The notes beneath the pieces were generated by a model, which was given only the letters and a program-made list of their open reading frames with translations, was not told where the DNA came from and ran no database searches. Below are positions 60,731-64,000 of a stretch of DNA of 64,000 nt, in pieces (the stretch's first letter is position 1; every line of letters begins with the position of its first letter). This DNA comes from Nitrososphaeraceae archaeon (GTDB taxonomy: Archaea > Thermoproteota > Nitrososphaeria > Nitrososphaerales > Nitrososphaeraceae), in contig JBIOZG010000035.1 of assembly GCA_044870765.1 (NCBI GenBank), positions 19,382 to 83,381 of the forward strand. The letters are read 5' to 3'. The position numbers and the translations under genes are program-made.

Positions 60731-61543
60731 ATGTTAGATACTAATGAGATTTTGGAAATATCACTTGATATGGTTCAATGGAACTCAGTTCCTGCCGATA
60801 CTGCGGTTCACGTTCATGGTAAGAACATTAAGAAGATAATGTTAATGATAGACGTAACAACTGCAGATCTAATGCTTGCAAAGAATCTAGGCTGTGATGC
60901 AGTAGTAACCCATCATCCTATTGGTGTAACTGCCATCAATTTTTACAAAGTTATTGATAGACACTTAGATTATATGAAAGATAATGGCATTCCTGAAAAT
61001 ATTGCAAAAAAATCTGTTTTGGATCTAAAGAAGAGAATAGAGCTCAGGAATCATACTCAGATCTACTCCTCTGTTATTGATTCTGCAAAGATTTTGAACA
61101 TGCCATTAGTAAACATTCATCAACCATGTGATGAGTATGCAAGGAGAGTGATCTCTCAAAAGATTCAAGACGAAAATCCAAATCTAGTGTCAGACTTGGT
61201 TACAACTTTAGAAGATATCCCAGAATTCAAAAATGCAGTGACAAAGATTCAAGTTTCATACGGACAGCCTAATTCTAATGTAGACAAGTGGGTCGCAGTA
61301 ATAGCCGCAGGTACTAATGGTGGATTTCAAATAGCAAAAAATTATTTTGATAATGGAATCTCGACGGTTCTCTACTTTCATATTGACTACAATGATTTGG
61401 TCAAACTAATTGAAAGTAACATTCAAGGCAACCTGATAATATTAGGACACTTGGCCGGAGACTCAATTGGTCTAAATGCATTGGCAAATAATCTGGAAAA
61501 TGAGGGAATACAGGTAGTTCGAAAAGATATCATTAAAGTATGA
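60731..61543 (+). CDS. Nif3-like dinuclear metal protein
   Basis: VTHHP, IHQPCD, GHLAGDS. Confidence 0.85.
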   Translation: MLDTNEILEISLDMVQWNSVPADTAVHVHGKNIKKIMLMIDVTTADLMLAKNLGCDAVVTHHPIGVTAINFYKVIDRHLDYMKDNGIPENIAKKSVLDLKKRIELRNHTQIYSSVIDSAKILNMPLVNIHQPCDEYARRVISQKIQDENPNLVSDLVTTLEDIPEFKNAVTKIQVSYGQPNSNVDKWVAVIAAGTNGGFQIAKNYFDNGISTVLYFHIDYNDLVKLIESNIQGNLIILGHLAGDSIGLNALANNLENEGIQVVRKDIIKV

Positions 61544-61596
61544 AAATAATTTATCTAACAGTTATATACTGTAGGCTTATCAAACCAATGATGATC

Positions 61597-61707
61597 GGCC
61601 TTCGTAGTATAGCCTGGTCAGTATAGGCGGCTGTGGACAACAACATTCAATATTGACTCGTTGCTGGAAGAAACCGCTCGAGGAGGGTTCAAATCCCTCC
61701 GAAGGCC
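61597..61707 (+). tRNA. tRNA-His(GUG) with 36-nt intron at 37/38 (61637..61672), G-1 genomically encoded
   Basis: GCCTTCG/CGAAGGC acceptor stem, GGCGG-CT-GTG-G...A-CCGCT anticodon arm, GAGGG-TTCAAAT-CCCTC T arm. Confidence 0.93.
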
Positions 61708-61766
61708 CCTCACAAGAATTAAAAACACTTTAAGGTGGAAGCAAATGCCTTCATCGTTCTTAATTT

Positions 61767-62804
61767 TTATACCATTTCCATAACAATTTTGGCGGCAGTC
61801 TTGGCCCCATTGTTTGCAAGAATACCTCTGCCAGTTTGAATTTTTTCGATTATTAAAGTTTCCAATCTTGATATATCCTCATACGCGTAACCAAGCTTCC
61901 TTGCATTTTGTTCTTGTTCGAAGTGATTCTTAATAGGTATGAATATCCCTGGGGTTCCGTAAACACGAGACTCGTCAATTGTTGATCTTCCAGCCAAAGA
62001 AAGAACAAGATCTGACGCATAAATATATTCATGCAAATTACTTACAAATCCAATGTTCCTATATGTAGGATTATTACTTTCAAGTTTGGCAAGTGATGGA
62101 CCTAGAGCAACAAATAGATCTAAATCCATTTTAGTTCTTAAATTCTTGTACGCGTTCAATGTTTTATCAACAAAGTATCGTCCACCACTGGTTCCACCAA
62201 TACTAACCAGTATTGTTTTCTTGTCTATACCCAATTTTTTGCGCAAAAGGTCCCTGTTTGTTATACTTAACCTTCTTACAATTGGTCCTACATAAGAGAT
62301 ATTATCAACGTCATTCCCATAGTCAGGAATAATAACACGATCACATTTTTTTAACATGCTTTGCATGGATTTGTTCATTTGGGACTCTATAGTTGAAAAT
62401 ATACCTTTAACAAAATGTGTTTCTAAGAGATCAGTAATTAGTATTCGTTTGAGATTCTTTTTTTCCCCAACAGCAACTGACGCAAAGTCTTCGTCACTCA
62501 CAATCAGGCTACCTTCATTACTTTCTACAAGGTCTTTGGCAATTTTTTTGCAATTTCGATAATACATGAAGTACTTAAACAGCCACTTCAATGGTGAGCG
62601 CAGTTGCATTAAATTATCTATATCGAATTTTTCAGGAATATACACATTCTCAGCAGAATATCCATAATTGGAAAAAATATCATATGCTGGTCGACCAGTA
62701 ACGATTAAGATCCTCTCCTTAGTCATCAATTTTATCTCCTCGCAGATAGCGATATCCCTAGTAGCATGTCCTAATCCGATTGGACTGGCAAAAAATATTA
62801 TCAT
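61767..62804 (-). CDS. GT-B glycosyltransferase (GT28/MurG-like)
   Basis: GLGHATR, VGPI, GGTSGG, AGRST..E, HFEQEQNA. Confidence 0.9.
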   Translation of the reverse strand: MIIFFASPIGLGHATRDIAICEEIKLMTKERILIVTGRPAYDIFSNYGYSAENVYIPEKFDIDNLMQLRSPLKWLFKYFMYYRNCKKIAKDLVESNEGSLIVSDEDFASVAVGEKKNLKRILITDLLETHFVKGIFSTIESQMNKSMQSMLKKCDRVIIPDYGNDVDNISYVGPIVRRLSITNRDLLRKKLGIDKKTILVSIGGTSGGRYFVDKTLNAYKNLRTKMDLDLFVALGPSLAKLESNNPTYRNIGFVSNLHEYIYASDLVLSLAGRSTIDESRVYGTPGIFIPIKNHFEQEQNARKLGYAYEDISRLETLIIEKIQTGRGILANNGAKTAAKIVMEMV

Positions 62805-62997
62805 TTACCGTATCTTCATCCTTGGATTATGAAAAAAGACTTATCCATTACTTCATACGACCTAATTCTAGGCTATAAAGAAAAACCCAATTGCAAGTGT
62901 ACACCAATGTCAACATTACTCCCTCAAACCAAAAATAAGCATTATGTTTCCAAGAGTGAAACCATGGTTAAAATAGCATGGACAATAATCAATAGCA

Positions 62998-63336
62998 ATG
63001 AGCAAATTTGGCATTTACCAGGATAAATCAGATATTTCTTTTGATACGCATTTAGCAGGATTAGAAGAACAAACGAGACAATTATTACTTACACTACGTA
63101 CTTTTATTAAATCACTGGGTGACAATGTCATTGAAGAAACAAGACCGCACAGGATAGCATATGCTAAAACATTGAATTTTAGAACCTTTGTTGACATACA
63201 GCCAAGAAATGATTCTCTAGTAATTTCTGTTAAAAGAGGCAGAAATGAACCTACAAGTACACACGTGGTCAACAGCCCATCAAAATTAGAAGCAATCAAA
63301 AAGCAGATTGCAGACTCCTACAGTACAATCAGATAA
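62998..63336 (+). CDS. DUF5655-like small protein
   Basis: LGDNVIEE...RIAY...FVDIQP. Confidence 0.75.
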   Translation: MSKFGIYQDKSDISFDTHLAGLEEQTRQLLLTLRTFIKSLGDNVIEETRPHRIAYAKTLNFRTFVDIQPRNDSLVISVKRGRNEPTSTHVVNSPSKLEAIKKQIADSYSTIR

Positions 63337-63744
63337 GACTGCTTTGGATAGTGTAACTAGATACAGGTAACAAAACTGACTCCTACCTTTTGTATCAATA
63401 ATTAAGTAGAAGTGAGGCTCAGAAGAAAAACGTATCGATATGAATTGATGTTTCAGAAGATGGTGAGTCTGAGCTGAAGATTATTTTTCCCCTGCAGGAA
63501 AATCATTTACCTCCTTTTGATTTTTCTAATTTATGCAACTGACAATGATTTCGACAAAAACTTTCCAACCTGATAGATATTAGATATCCATAGGGATTAA
63601 CATCAAAACTAAGAGTTTTTGAATTATTATGGACAAAAGGCTGAATAGTTCAAACTAAGGCATAATTCCCTATGATTTTCTTAAAACAGCTCAAGAAAAA
63701 AAAGATATAAAAGCAAATACTTTTCAATCATTCTGCTATTATTT

Positions 63745-64000
63745 ATGATAAGAGGAAAACTCAGTGCATGTTTTGTTGTTATTTTTTTCTTATCGTATAA
63801 CGTAATTATATTTCAAGTTGGCTTCGCTCAGAGTGATCAAGCGACAAATAAGCAACCTCCCTTAGTCGAGGCCCCTCCCTTTATTAATGCAAGAGCTACT
63901 GGCCCTTCCTGGACGCAGGTAAATTTCGCAGTTAATGCTACAAGCTCCAGCTCCGATAAAATATCTGTCTATTGCAATCCAGCTAGTGGAAGCGCTTTTC
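63745..64000 (+). CDS. Secreted HYR-domain protein, N-terminal part (runs off window)
   Basis: Signal peptide, then A.ATGP...V.F.V.A...V.CNPASGSAF. Confidence 0.75.
   Translation, partial: MIRGKLSACFVVIFFLSYNVIIFQVGFAQSDQATNKQPPLVEAPPFINARATGPSWTQVNFAVNATSSSSDKISVYCNPASGSAF

Noticed and set aside
63400-63700. Short coding-like fragments
   Set aside because: Could not assign to any family; frames broken by stops
1-64000. CRISPR array, rRNA, intact transposase or provirus
   Set aside because: No spaced repeats or recognisable genes; only intragenic tandem repeats seen

Overview
AT-rich archaeal chromosome segment; gene content (UreEFGD, TFB, PoK/PPS-type CoA pathway, EgsA, aCPSF1, Kae1/Bud32, Taw1, intron-containing tRNA-His) points to an ammonia-oxidising archaeon of the Nitrososphaerales (inference from recognised families, no database search). 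Housekeeping blocks alternate with stress/accessory genes, secreted proteins, several unannotated micro-proteins and four gene relics (methyltransferase, CbtA, MFS, integrase). No CRISPR array, rRNA or intact mobile element was seen. Most interesting: (1) a PolB2 module split over two loci about 18 kb apart whose promoters share the same unusual CCCTCCCC-CTTCTT-TATA architecture, a candidate damage-inducible regulon; (2) a degenerate ComA (phosphosulfolactate synthase) fused to a winged HTH next to an orphan sulfonate-binding protein and a rhodanese-persulfide-dioxygenase-like fusion, a candidate sulfite/sulfonate sensing module; (3) a PurF pseudo-enzyme coupled to an unknown gene; (4) a divergent aCPSF1.
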